Virus record (IMG/VR): IMGVR_UViG_3300028025_000092
Direction: 5' to 3' (one strand)
DNA: 64,000 nucleotides
Origin: a virus
Shown piece after piece: positions 47,875 through 58,353 of this stretch; position 1 is the stretch's first letter; every line of letters begins with the position of its first letter. The position numbers and the translations under genes are program-made. The notes under the pieces are model-generated. The model was given only the letters and a program-made list of their open reading frames with translations. It did no database searches and was not told the origin of the DNA.

Positions 47875-48498
47875 ATGGCAAAAAGCATCCAAGAATTAGC
47901 AGAGAAATTTTTAGAAACCTCTCAAGAAAAAGATTTTAAATCTCTTTATGATAGAATTAAACCTGGATTGCTTAACCATTGTAAATCTATATTAATAGAC
48001 GAAGAAGTTGCACAGGATGCTGTTTCTAAAACATTTGAAAAGATATGGGTTAAGGTAGCTCAGTATGATCCAGCAAGGGGTAATTTTTCTACCTGGGCAT
48101 ACAATATAGCAAGAAATGAATCCTTGCTAATTAAGAAAAATTCTAAAAAATTCACGCCTCTTGTTTATGAATCTGTCGAACTTGATGGAAGAGACTATGA
48201 TGAATTTATCCCTCTTTCTCATATTACGCCAGAAGGTATTTTCTCTGAACCCGAGTGGGAGATAAATAATCAAGAGGGTGGTTTTGATGATTTATACGAA
48301 GTAGTTCTAGAAAAAATGAGACACCTTCCTGCGATTTATAAGGATATTCTTATGGATAGAGAAATTCATAAAATGAAATATCAAGATATTGCAGATAAGT
48401 ATGACATGAAAAAAAGAGCAGTTGCAACAAGAATCAGAAGAGCTAGAATTAAAATCAGGGAAATGTTTCCAGGTATCAAATTAAATTTTATTGACTAA
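47875..48498 (+). CDS. Phage sigma70-family (ECF-like) RNA polymerase sigma factor
   Basis: Region 2 AQDAV..F..YDP..FSTWAYNIARN; region 4 YQDIA..AVATRIRRAR. Confidence 0.88.
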   Translation: MAKSIQELAEKFLETSQEKDFKSLYDRIKPGLLNHCKSILIDEEVAQDAVSKTFEKIWVKVAQYDPARGNFSTWAYNIARNESLLIKKNSKKFTPLVYESVELDGRDYDEFIPLSHITPEGIFSEPEWEINNQEGGFDDLYEVVLEKMRHLPAIYKDILMDREIHKMKYQDIADKYDMKKRAVATRIRRARIKIREMFPGIKLNFID

Positions 48499-48499
48499 T

Positions 48500-48961
48500 A
48501 TGTTTTCAAATCCTTTTAAAATTTTCGGGGTTATCAGAGACATTAGAAATTATTTTTTTCTAAGAAAGATAATCAAAAGAGAGATGATAAATTCACCTCT
48601 GTGGACAAAAAATAATCTTAGAGTGGATTGGATAGGCAGGATCTACACTGTTGTGAATCTTCCTCCAGAGGTTACTATGTCACCAGATCTACCTAGGGAG
48701 CTCTGGCCAGCATATCTTGTCGACCAATCCAAGGGATTGAACGAGTATCTAACCTCTCTCAATCTCCATGAGATTATCATACCCGAGTACAAAGAAATAC
48801 CAGAATCTACATCATATTTGCTAATTTATTATCCATACTTTAGAAATCTTACCAAATGGTGGATTATATCAAGGACTATTTTTTGGACAAGTGCTATAAT
48901 AATAGAATCAAAAACCCATTGGATATCAAATGGGTTTAATTGGATAATATCATTTTTTTAA
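48500..48961 (+). CDS. Hypothetical protein, C-terminal hydrophobic segment
   Basis: LRVDWIGRIYTVVNLPPE. Confidence 0.65.
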   Translation: MFSNPFKIFGVIRDIRNYFFLRKIIKREMINSPLWTKNNLRVDWIGRIYTVVNLPPEVTMSPDLPRELWPAYLVDQSKGLNEYLTSLNLHEIIIPEYKEIPESTSYLLIYYPYFRNLTKWWIISRTIFWTSAIIIESKTHWISNGFNWIISFF

Positions 48962-49708
48962 TTGGAGTCAGAAGAAATTGTAAGAGAAAGTTATCCGTGG
49001 GGCAGAGCGTACGTTGTAACAAAATCAGATGGGACTAAGCTAGTTTTTCCTTCAGTCACTACCGTTTTAAAGCTCATTACTGAGCCTAAATTTAGACCAT
49101 TAAGAGAAAAGTTCGGTGAAGCTAGATGGCAAAAAATACTCGATGATGCATCTTTTAGGGGAACTGTTATGCACAATATGCTTGAGCATTTTCTTTTAGA
49201 GTATGCTGAATCTAGATCGGTAGAAAAGAGTTTAGTCATTGCGCAGGATATAGCGAAAGGAGAGGAGGTAAGTTCCCCAGATAAATTACCGTTAATCAAA
49301 AGGGGAAGAGACCTTTTTTGGAATTTTTATCACGAAGAATTTTGGGGCAATATTAAAAAGGTATTGCATAATGAGCTTTTTCTATGGACAGACTTTAGAG
49401 GTGGATGGGCAGGAGCAACAGATTTTATCTATTTAGATCTAAACGATTTAACGGTAGTGATAGATTTTAAATCATCAAGCTCACCGAAAGACGAAGAAGA
49501 TATCCTATCATACAAGTGTCAAATATCTGCCTACATGTTTGCATATGCTGAAAGATACGGAGTAATCCCAGACCGAGGTGAAATATGGATCGCAAACGAA
49601 AAGGATTCAAAACTACAAAGATTTATAGTTACGAAAGATGAGTTCAAAATATACCTTAGAAAATTCTTAGGTTTACTTGGGGAATTCAGAGAAATAAACG
49701 GGATTTAA
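48962..49708 (+). CDS. PD-(D/E)XK exonuclease
   Basis: PSVTTVL, RGT..H, AGATD, IDFKSS, QISAY. Confidence 0.85.
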   Translation: MESEEIVRESYPWGRAYVVTKSDGTKLVFPSVTTVLKLITEPKFRPLREKFGEARWQKILDDASFRGTVMHNMLEHFLLEYAESRSVEKSLVIAQDIAKGEEVSSPDKLPLIKRGRDLFWNFYHEEFWGNIKKVLHNELFLWTDFRGGWAGATDFIYLDLNDLTVVIDFKSSSSPKDEEDILSYKCQISAYMFAYAERYGVIPDRGEIWIANEKDSKLQRFIVTKDEFKIYLRKFLGLLGEFREINGI

Positions 49709-49755
49709 CGAAACTTAACCCCCACAAAAACTAAAATATAAATAAAATTAAAAAC

Positions 49756-50208
49756 ATGTCAGAAGAATTTTTACAAGAGGTAGTTGTTGACGAAGCTAAA
49801 GTAGCTGCACTACAAAAAGCATTAGAAACTAAAATGTCCGAACTTTCTAATAAAGTTTATGCCGTTTCTATGAATGCAGAATCCTTAGAGGTTTATTCTA
49901 ATGTTATTGAATCAATTACATGGAAAGGTAAAGAGGGATTAGGTATCTTAGAAATTACTAAGAAGCTAAAGGAAGTTACTAAAAACGGTATATCAAACGA
50001 TGTAATTTTCCTAAACGCACTTACTATAGAAGCAAGTCATTATTTTTTAAACAGATTTGAATCGTCCGGTAGTAGTGTTGCTGAGTCTTTTATTGATTTA
50101 TTCAAAAAGTTAGAGCAAGCATTATCTGCAGTTTCACAGGATAACAAAGATTTAGAAGATCTTAACAAGGATTTAGCTGCTGCACAACAGGGATTAGAAG
50201 CAGTATAG
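49756..50208 (+). CDS. Hypothetical helical protein
   Basis: 150 aa; GAAAC-N17-TAAAAT upstream. Confidence 0.65.
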   Translation: MSEEFLQEVVVDEAKVAALQKALETKMSELSNKVYAVSMNAESLEVYSNVIESITWKGKEGLGILEITKKLKEVTKNGISNDVIFLNALTIEASHYFLNRFESSGSSVAESFIDLFKKLEQALSAVSQDNKDLEDLNKDLAAAQQGLEAV

Positions 50209-50233
50209 GATAATTTTTACAACCAATTCATAC

Positions 50234-50266
50234 AAAAAGGTCCATTCTTAAGAGTGGACCTTTTTT
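50234..50266 (+). terminator. Intrinsic terminator
   Basis: AAAAAGGTCCATTC/GAGTGGACCTTTTT. Confidence 0.8.
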
Positions 50267-50302
50267 CTGCGGATATATATCGATTAAGAAATATAATAAA
50301 GA

Positions 50303-51682
50303 ATGAAAGAAAACAAAATTTTCCCTTGGCTTGTGGCAATTGCTGCTGCTAGCATATCCTTTTCGGCTGCTTTCTATTCTATTTTCGGTATAGGTAAGAT
50401 GTTCGCTGGGGCTTCGACAAATGTGATGGTAATGGCTGCTAGCCTAGAATTTGCTAAATTAGTTATTGCATCATTTTTATACAGATTTTGGGATGACGTA
50501 AATAAAGGATTAAGAGCTTACCTAACAATTGCTTGTTTTATCCTAATTGTAATAACATCCGGTGGTATTTATGGCTTCCTGTCTTCTGCTTATCAAGAAA
50601 CCGCAAATAAGGTAGAAAACATTGATAAAAACACAACAGTGCTTGTTAAGCAAAAGGATATGATCCAAAAGCAGCTAACACAAGCAGAAAAACAATTAGA
50701 ATTTAAGAGTACCAGACAGAATACACTGTCTGATATGAGAAATAGGCAGCAATCAAACGCAGATAATCTTATATCACAAAATAAATCTGCATCATCCGTT
50801 AGAACACAGATGAATTCACTTGGTAAGGAATCAAAAGATCTTGATAATGATATTAAGATCCTCCAGGACACAATCTCTTCAAAAAATCAGCAGATTAGTG
50901 ACATTGAAATGAAAATTTTAAACGTTTCAACAAACAACGATCTTGCTAATGAGGTTGGTCCATTAAAGTACATAGCTAAGCTAACGGGAAAATCTTTAGA
51001 TCAAGTAGTTAACTGGTTTATCATCGCTTTAATGCTGGTCTTTGACCCCCTAGCGATAGCTTTAGTAGTTGCAGCTAACTTTGTCTTCTCGTATATTAGT
51101 AAGGATAAGACTGAACCAAAGAAAGAAGAAAAATCGGAAGATCCTAAAGAACCAGAAGTAGAAGAAACAGCGGATGAAGAAGTTGAAGAAGCCGTAGAAG
51201 AAGTTAATGAAGTCACTAAAGAAGAAACTACGATAAAACCTACTATTTTTATGATAGGGGATACACCTATAAAAAGTGTAGAAGATTCTATCGATTATTT
51301 TTCTGAAGATTATATTAAGAACGAACCTCTTTCTAATTCAACAGAGCCCGAAGAAGCTGAAGATGAAGTTAAAATATCTGAACCAGTTAATGACGATTAC
51401 GAATATGATGTATTCTCTCCGGATTTTACATATGATGAAATATACCCCACAGATTTTACTGAAGATGAAATTGTAGCAGAAGAAGAAATCCAAGAGGAAG
51501 TAATTAAGGAAGAAGAAATCCAAGAGGAAGTAATTAAAGATGCAGAGGATGGAGAATTTGGGGGATATAAACTTGGAAACGTTTATAATTCTAAAAGAAG
51601 TACCAATATAAAAGATTACAAGGATAGAAAAGATACTCCATTAGAGATTCTATTCACTAAGGGTGATCCAACAAGATTATAA
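50303..51682 (+). CDS. Multi-TM membrane protein with coiled coil and acidic tail
   Basis: SLEFAKLV, TSGGIYGFLS, EVGPLKYI, VFDPLA; EEEIQEEVIK duplicated. Confidence 0.75.
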   Translation: MKENKIFPWLVAIAAASISFSAAFYSIFGIGKMFAGASTNVMVMAASLEFAKLVIASFLYRFWDDVNKGLRAYLTIACFILIVITSGGIYGFLSSAYQETANKVENIDKNTTVLVKQKDMIQKQLTQAEKQLEFKSTRQNTLSDMRNRQQSNADNLISQNKSASSVRTQMNSLGKESKDLDNDIKILQDTISSKNQQISDIEMKILNVSTNNDLANEVGPLKYIAKLTGKSLDQVVNWFIIALMLVFDPLAIALVVAANFVFSYISKDKTEPKKEEKSEDPKEPEVEETADEEVEEAVEEVNEVTKEETTIKPTIFMIGDTPIKSVEDSIDYFSEDYIKNEPLSNSTEPEEAEDEVKISEPVNDDYEYDVFSPDFTYDEIYPTDFTEDEIVAEEEIQEEVIKEEEIQEEVIKDAEDGEFGGYKLGNVYNSKRSTNIKDYKDRKDTPLEILFTKGDPTRL

Positions 51683-51690
51683 TTTGTAAT

Positions 51691-52245
51691 ATGCCAAACG
51701 TACTGTCAACTGACCCAAGATTTATTAGATATGCTAATTGTGATCCAGAAAAGCAGAAGAAAATAGTTTTCGAAGGATCTTTTTTAAAAATCATCATGGG
51801 ATCACAGGTATTAGACATGGTGGATCTTTCCAATTTTTTTCATCCAGCGTCCATAAACGGTGGGAGTTTTAAGAAAAGAGTTTATATTCCATCCGGGGGA
51901 TCTTATAATTTATATGGAGGAAATATTGCCCAGGATCAGGGAGAGGTTTCTATGATTGCTATTAGAGTAAAGTATGATCCATCCCTACCAGAGGTAGAAA
52001 AATTAATCTATTGGGAATACGAAGGAAATTTGTCACCGTGTAAAAATCTTTTATTTCTAACGGGTAAAACCCTTGATCATGTGAAACATCATGGATGGGA
52101 CTTGGAACCATATTCACCAGAGGCATCAACATTTTCCCCAGTATTAAGTCCGCAGCCAACATCACCAGATCTTAGCCTAGGCGGTATAGTACTTAAAAAT
52201 ACAACATTAAAAGAGGTTGAGGTAGAAATATTAGTAATGAATTAA
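51691..52245 (+). CDS. Hypothetical structural protein
   Basis: 184 aa; architecture similar to the next gene. Confidence 0.6.
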   Translation: MPNVLSTDPRFIRYANCDPEKQKKIVFEGSFLKIIMGSQVLDMVDLSNFFHPASINGGSFKKRVYIPSGGSYNLYGGNIAQDQGEVSMIAIRVKYDPSLPEVEKLIYWEYEGNLSPCKNLLFLTGKTLDHVKHHGWDLEPYSPEASTFSPVLSPQPTSPDLSLGGIVLKNTTLKEVEVEILVMN

Positions 52246-52877
52246 TGGCAACAGCACCACTTATATGTCAAGCAGATCTAGCAAACACCCTAATAGAAGG
52301 GGGACATTTCGACAAATGTACGCTGCTAGTAACCAAGGATTCAACTATAGTTAATTCGTTTAATTTCTGCGATTTCTCTTTGGACATTGATGAATTTTTC
52401 ACACAGAATTTAACGCTTGGACCTGGAAGTGCGTTTCTCCTCGACGATGGTGGCTTATCAAATTCTTTTGGTGAGGTTAAATTTCTCCTAATTAAAGTCA
52501 CATACCCGCAATCTTTCACAAAAGACAGCGACAAATACATCAATCTGGTACACGAAAATGTAACCTACCCAATCGGGGAATTACATGTTTGGACTGGAAA
52601 TCCTGGCGATTCAGCAGGAATGGGAATAGCAGTATCCCCTTCAGGAAGCCCACAATATAGTTCAGGCGGAATAGTGTTACATAATCCACACCTTAATTCA
52701 GTTAGTATTAAAATTATACTGGCATCAAGTGAGATTCAGGGAATTTATACTACTGCAGGGACAAGTGGAACATCGGGGGGTACTTCAGGATCATCTGGAT
52801 CATCCGGATCTAGCGGAATTGCAATTAATGCCGATTACTATGGAACTAGCGTTAATACAATAACAATACCAACATAA
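52245..52877 (+). CDS. Hypothetical structural protein with short GS repeat
   Basis: GEVKFLLIKVTY / GGIVL.N shared with 51691-52245. Confidence 0.6.
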   Translation: MATAPLICQADLANTLIEGGHFDKCTLLVTKDSTIVNSFNFCDFSLDIDEFFTQNLTLGPGSAFLLDDGGLSNSFGEVKFLLIKVTYPQSFTKDSDKYINLVHENVTYPIGELHVWTGNPGDSAGMGIAVSPSGSPQYSSGGIVLHNPHLNSVSIKIILASSEIQGIYTTAGTSGTSGGTSGSSGSSGSSGIAINADYYGTSVNTITIPT

Positions 52878-52885
52878 GAGAAAAA

Positions 52886-53926
52886 ATGCCATATTCCAAT
52901 ATATCACTAGTCACCGATCCTAATCTTCTGTTTCAGCAGTATGATTTTATACAACTGTCACATGACGCAAATAATTATATTATAGGAAGGGTTGTTAGTT
53001 ATAACCCAAATTCCGGGGAAATTGTTTTTACACCTTTGCAGATAAACGGATCTGGAACATACAGTTCGTGGAACATATCTTTAACAGGTTCCCCTGGACC
53101 GAGCGGAACTTCTGGCATTTCTTCATTGGTACCAGGTACCCCAAATGGCGTTATAAAAATTAATTCAGCAGGAACTGATATAGAGACCGATGGTAATTTA
53201 ACATTTGACGGACATACACTAACTATAGACCCATTTTCCTACAGCTTTGGTGGGGATCCTGTTTATAGGATAGTTTATCACGATGACGGAACTTCAGGAA
53301 AAGCAGGTATAGTAGTAAGAGGAGCAGTTCCGGGACAGCCATATGATGGAATTATAGAAAATACGGTACCACACGAATACCAGCATCAATTTGTCGTTGG
53401 AAGTAATAATATAGCTCACATAGATGCGCAGGGATTACATATTCAACAAGCATTAATAACCGATGGGGCAACACATTTTCAATATTTGGAAGAGGACACT
53501 TCCGCTAATAAATTTTTGGTTTGGAATCAAGGAACTAGCGGGGGATTAGTGGGTAAAGTCGGATGGACTACTTCTGGAACTGCAGGGGCTCAAGGACCAG
53601 CAGGGTCTTCGGGAACTAGCGGATCTAGTAATCTACCTGCATCAACGGGATGGAATATTAACAAGGAATATCAAATCAGCAACACAGAACAATTTACATT
53701 CTCTGGCGACTATGTTCTTGACGATTCCTATTTATATATAGAAGGTAGTAACGAACAAGTAGAATATTCAGCAAATAAATTTTTTAAAAAAACTGGTAAA
53801 ATTTTCATCGGAGGTAATTTATTACTCAAGAATTCACAGATAGAAAACGACGGAGAAATAAGTGTTGGAGGTGAAGTTATATTAACAGGTAATTCACAAA
53901 TAACAGGAACAGGAACAATAATATAA
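52886..53926 (+). CDS. Fibre-associated protein
   Basis: GRVVSYN..SG...GSGTYSSWNISLTG module; short GTSG repeats. Confidence 0.6.
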   Translation: MPYSNISLVTDPNLLFQQYDFIQLSHDANNYIIGRVVSYNPNSGEIVFTPLQINGSGTYSSWNISLTGSPGPSGTSGISSLVPGTPNGVIKINSAGTDIETDGNLTFDGHTLTIDPFSYSFGGDPVYRIVYHDDGTSGKAGIVVRGAVPGQPYDGIIENTVPHEYQHQFVVGSNNIAHIDAQGLHIQQALITDGATHFQYLEEDTSANKFLVWNQGTSGGLVGKVGWTTSGTAGAQGPAGSSGTSGSSNLPASTGWNINKEYQISNTEQFTFSGDYVLDDSYLYIEGSNEQVEYSANKFFKKTGKIFIGGNLLLKNSQIENDGEISVGGEVILTGNSQITGTGTII

Positions 53927-53932
53927 AAAGAT

Positions 53933-56251
53933 ATGCAATACATACAATTACAGGGACAAGTAGCAGCAGGATTGGACACCCCACTTGCTGGAGGTTTTAA
54001 TCTATTTGTCGACACGGCTGATAATACTATAAAAATAAAAGATTCTGAAGGCAATCTAACTGGTAGTGGAATTTCATTGGTCGAAATAACACGTGCAGAA
54101 TTATTGACAGCAATAGGTGATGAGGAATTAGTACCTGGTGCATTTTATAAAATATCGGGGGTAGCAACAGGTTCTGATGAGATTCTGCTACAAGAAGGAG
54201 GCACCACTATTATTTTACAAGCAATAACATCGTCTCTCCTTAGCTCAAAGGGATTTGGTTTATTCTGGAATCCTAATTACGACACTATAGATGTTTGGGA
54301 TAACACATTTCGTCTTGAAATGGCTGCAGGTGTTACTGGTCCATTTTTTGATATGGAAGAGCTTCTTAACTGTGATGCACCTTCAAACGTTGTTCTAAAA
54401 CCTAATGTTTATGATGTTTATGCAACCGTAACTTTAACCGATTACAGTGCTTCTGATTTCTTTACTGAACCAGATAATTATCCAATCTCATTTATAAGCG
54501 ATAACACTGGAATAGAGGGAGATTTCATTTCAGCAAGCTACACATCCTCTTATACCGTAGGGGATTTTGCTATTTGGGGTGGTAGAGTTTGGGGAAATTT
54601 ATCAGGAAATATTGGAAGCGTTGTAGATGAATTTGAACTTAACGAAGAAGATTGGCAATTAGTTCCTTTTGCAGAAGGTCCTTGTTATAATTTAGTAATA
54701 GACGAAATTGAATACGACTCTGCTAATAATCACATATCATACAGAAGAAATGCAAAGAATAATATCACTGTAATTTATCAATACAATTCTGGAGATACCG
54801 GAACAAGCGGAATTAGAAAATTTCCTTGGGGACACGGAGACGTAAAGAATGTGTATTTAGAAAATTCAGACACACAGAATCTAGTAAACTTACACAATTC
54901 GAATAGTATCAATAGCCTTCATATGAAAAACGATAGCAGATTTGAAGCAGACTATTGGGGCAGAAATAACGATTTTAATGACATATATGGGGATGTTGAT
55001 AGCGATATTGAAGGACTAAGATTAGGAAGCGGAACAGGAATTAATAATGTGAGACTTGGAATTAATACTACTCTTGGCGGCGGGGATCCTATCTATATGG
55101 CTGGTAACGACGGTGATAATGGATTATACGATCTTACCCTAGGAAATGACGTTGATATCTACGGGATTGAACTTTATGAGGATTCGTATATTACAAACTG
55201 TGTTTTATCTAACGATGCTGATATTTACAACATGGTTATGTATAATGGGTCATATTTGCAAGATATTATTATGGAATCTGACGGAACAATTAACTCCGTA
55301 GAGATGGGCGATGGTTCTCGTATTAACAATGCCAGGTTGGAAGAAAACGCATCTCTAAGCAATCTTAATCTGGATAAAAATTCTTATATTCAAAATGCTT
55401 CTATTGGAATTAGTTCCAATATAGAATACAGTTCTCTTGGAGAATCTTGTTATATCGACGAAGTTCATTTAGGCATAGATTCATCAATCAATTGCGTTAC
55501 CTTATCAAGACAGAATTCGTATAGCCCTTATATTCAAGGCGTTTCTTTAGGATCAAATTCTTCAATGTCTAACATAAATTTATCTAACAATACTTACATC
55601 AGTTCTGTTAAATTCTCAGACGATTGCGGGATTGGACAGATATCTATAAGCGGGGCAAGTGGGGGTTATATTTCTAATTTTGAAGTTGAACAAAACGGAG
55701 GATTTGGTAGTTTCGAGATCGACGCTTCAGAAGGAACCGCATTTCTTGATAATTTTAAAATAGGCCAAGACTCCGGATTTGGTAATATACCTGATGTAAC
55801 GTCAGGCGTAGAATCCAAAACAATTAGCAGAGAATTTAACAATCTTGGAGCAAGTGATTTTATTGCTGGGTTAACAGGTTCATTCGGAACTGGTGACATA
55901 TCTGCTATGCCACAATTAGATCCTACTAAAACCTTCCACATATTGGATACGACAGGATGGGACGGACAGGTAAATGCCTTAAATTATCATTTACCTGATG
56001 GAAACTGGGATGGTCAGACTGTTAAATTCTTTACAACGGACAATGGTATTAATATGGGTAATTTAGAAGATATTAGAATTTATCTAAATCTCGGAACACC
56101 TTTTAACGTTAGTAATAGTCCAATACTAGACTCTTGGTATCCTTTTATTACATATGATAGAGGAATTGGCGAAATTGTTCGTAGAAATGACGTACCAACT
56201 GCAATTTGGCTTGGTGATAGATGGATCATAGATAACGATCAGTGGGATTAA
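53933..56251 (+). CDS. Putative beta-helix spike/fibre protein
   Basis: ELVPGAFYKI N-motif; ~11-residue repeats (I.N..L..DS.I) through the central region. Confidence 0.6.
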   Translation: MQYIQLQGQVAAGLDTPLAGGFNLFVDTADNTIKIKDSEGNLTGSGISLVEITRAELLTAIGDEELVPGAFYKISGVATGSDEILLQEGGTTIILQAITSSLLSSKGFGLFWNPNYDTIDVWDNTFRLEMAAGVTGPFFDMEELLNCDAPSNVVLKPNVYDVYATVTLTDYSASDFFTEPDNYPISFISDNTGIEGDFISASYTSSYTVGDFAIWGGRVWGNLSGNIGSVVDEFELNEEDWQLVPFAEGPCYNLVIDEIEYDSANNHISYRRNAKNNITVIYQYNSGDTGTSGIRKFPWGHGDVKNVYLENSDTQNLVNLHNSNSINSLHMKNDSRFEADYWGRNNDFNDIYGDVDSDIEGLRLGSGTGINNVRLGINTTLGGGDPIYMAGNDGDNGLYDLTLGNDVDIYGIELYEDSYITNCVLSNDADIYNMVMYNGSYLQDIIMESDGTINSVEMGDGSRINNARLEENASLSNLNLDKNSYIQNASIGISSNIEYSSLGESCYIDEVHLGIDSSINCVTLSRQNSYSPYIQGVSLGSNSSMSNINLSNNTYISSVKFSDDCGIGQISISGASGGYISNFEVEQNGGFGSFEIDASEGTAFLDNFKIGQDSGFGNIPDVTSGVESKTISREFNNLGASDFIAGLTGSFGTGDISAMPQLDPTKTFHILDTTGWDGQVNALNYHLPDGNWDGQTVKFFTTDNGINMGNLEDIRIYLNLGTPFNVSNSPILDSWYPFITYDRGIGEIVRRNDVPTAIWLGDRWIIDNDQWD

Positions 56252-56276
56252 CAATAAAAAATAAAAAATAAATAAA

Positions 56277-56558
56277 ATGGCAAAGTACGAAAAGAGAGAC
56301 AGAGCAGCATTTGTAATAAATTTTGACGAGCCGGTTACCGAAAGTGTAATTGGGGGAAATGCTCTTAAAACTAAAAAGATCTTGATTGCAAAAATAATCG
56401 ACAATCCAGGAACAAAAACAGTGGCAGTAATGACTCTTAAGAATAAATTATATGTTCTATGGAGAGGAGATGCATACGATGCTATCGGAAACTGGACAAA
56501 CGAGCAAGTAGAGTCAAGAGTAAGAGAACTTGTTTTAGCAGGTCAAATGGGTGAATAA
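56277..56558 (+). CDS. Hypothetical fibre-assembly-like protein
   Basis: LWRGDAYDAIGNWT.EQV. Confidence 0.6.
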   Translation: MAKYEKRDRAAFVINFDEPVTESVIGGNALKTKKILIAKIIDNPGTKTVAVMTLKNKLYVLWRGDAYDAIGNWTNEQVESRVRELVLAGQMGE

Positions 56559-56571
56559 ATAACACAAACAA

Positions 56572-58353
56572 ATGTTTGAAAGTAAATTAAATAGGGGAAG
56601 AGCAAACGGCTACGCTCCATTAGATTCTGAAGGCAAAGTCCCTTTAGATAAAACATACGTTGGTGCTAATGGAACGTCCGGGGTATCTGGTACATCCGGA
56701 ACATCAGGAGCTCAGGGTTCTTCTGGTAATTCAGGTTCTTCGGGAACATCCGGAGAAACCGGTACTTCTGGTGAATCTGGTACTTCTGGTACTTCTGGGC
56801 AAAACGGTACTTCAGGAACATCGATCTTATTGGACTCTATTTTAACATTTAATGACAATACAATACAAGGCGGTAATATTGGTGCAACTGGAACTAAAAT
56901 CACAATAAATCAATCCTATAATGCACAAACCAGCATGAACGGTAATGGTGTATTGGTAACTAATAACCCAACAAACAGTCAGGTACAGGTTGGATGGATT
57001 GTTAGATTTTATGACAACACAGTAAGAACAGTAATAGGGGCATCTGTACCTGTTGGGCAAAGCTATTTTAATATTCAGATAGATTCTAATGTAAATATAG
57101 ATCCAGGTTATCCTCTAACCGTAGAAAGTCCAGATTACTTCGAAGGTGACGATCCTTTTGTAGAGATTAAAGCTGGGAATAACAGTTTAGTTTTAGCTAA
57201 TGATGGAATTACAACATTTCCGGGTAGTATACATAAAACAACAGACGCATCGATTATAGTAGGTTCATTCCCAGTAGCAGAGAATATTATAGTATATGGA
57301 ATAGACTATCAAGCACCATTTTGGCGTATGTTTTTTCTCAGCCCTGTATATCCCAATCTTGGTACAGATGTTACAGTAGGTACTACGGTAACTACAACTT
57401 GGGGTACACCAGTAACTGCTACAGTACAAGAGGTGATAGACGACACAGGGTCTTCCTTTTGGGTGTTTCTCGTTGATGAAGATGTGCTTACGGGATTTGT
57501 TGGTGCAACAGGTTTAACAGTTACATTTGGTAATATACCTAAAACCTGGACATTCGGCACAAGTGGCTTGCTAACCTTACCTAATGGTGATGTGATACCA
57601 GGTTCTGCCGTTAATGGTACATCAGGTACAAGTGGTAGTGATGGTACTTCGGGACAAAATGGAACATCAGGTGAATCTGGTACTTCGGGTGAATCTGGAA
57701 CTTCAGGTTCATCAGGTAGTGCGGGATCTTCAGGATCGTCGGGTTCTACAGGAACGTCGGGAGTTAATGGATCTTCGGGATCTTCAGGGCAATCCGGTGC
57801 TGTTGGAACATCAGGTACATCAGGAAGCGCAGGATCTTCTGGATCAACGGGTGCTTCTGGATCTTCAGGATCATCCGGGTTATCTGGTAGTTCAGGTTCA
57901 ACAGGAACTTCAGGTTCATCAGGAACTAGTGGAAGCACCGGATCTTCTGGTAGTTCAGGTTCAACAGGAACTTCAGGATCTACTGGGACATCAGGAACAG
58001 CAGGTACTTCTTTTAGCTCTCCCTATTCTGGAAATTTTAACGGAACCTCAGGACAGGCTTGGATTTCATCATACGGTGCTACTACCTCAATTAACTGGAA
58101 TAATAGCAACGTTCAAACACGAACTCTTGCAGCTAGCGAGACTTTTACTTTTGCAAATCCTAATAATGGTGCGACTTATATACTAATAGTAAGACAGGCA
58201 GCTGCCGGAAGTTATACCATCACTTGGCCGTCAGTTTCGTGGAGTGGCGGATCCGCTCCTACTATGACAGCTACTGCCAATAAATATGATGTCTATACAT
58301 TCGTGTATGCTAATAGCATCTATTATGGATCATATGTACAAAACTTCACATAA
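56572..58353 (+). CDS. Gly-Ser repeat fibre protein
   Basis: ANGYAPLDSEGKVP N-motif, GS repeats, C-terminal INWN..N..GATYILIVRQ..ITWP domain. Confidence 0.75.
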   Translation: MFESKLNRGRANGYAPLDSEGKVPLDKTYVGANGTSGVSGTSGTSGAQGSSGNSGSSGTSGETGTSGESGTSGTSGQNGTSGTSILLDSILTFNDNTIQGGNIGATGTKITINQSYNAQTSMNGNGVLVTNNPTNSQVQVGWIVRFYDNTVRTVIGASVPVGQSYFNIQIDSNVNIDPGYPLTVESPDYFEGDDPFVEIKAGNNSLVLANDGITTFPGSIHKTTDASIIVGSFPVAENIIVYGIDYQAPFWRMFFLSPVYPNLGTDVTVGTTVTTTWGTPVTATVQEVIDDTGSSFWVFLVDEDVLTGFVGATGLTVTFGNIPKTWTFGTSGLLTLPNGDVIPGSAVNGTSGTSGSDGTSGQNGTSGESGTSGESGTSGSSGSAGSSGSSGSTGTSGVNGSSGSSGQSGAVGTSGTSGSAGSSGSTGASGSSGSSGLSGSSGSTGTSGSSGTSGSTGSSGSSGSTGTSGSTGTSGTAGTSFSSPYSGNFNGTSGQAWISSYGATTSINWNNSNVQTRTLAASETFTFANPNNGATYILIVRQAAAGSYTITWPSVSWSGGSAPTMTATANKYDVYTFVYANSIYYGSYVQNFT

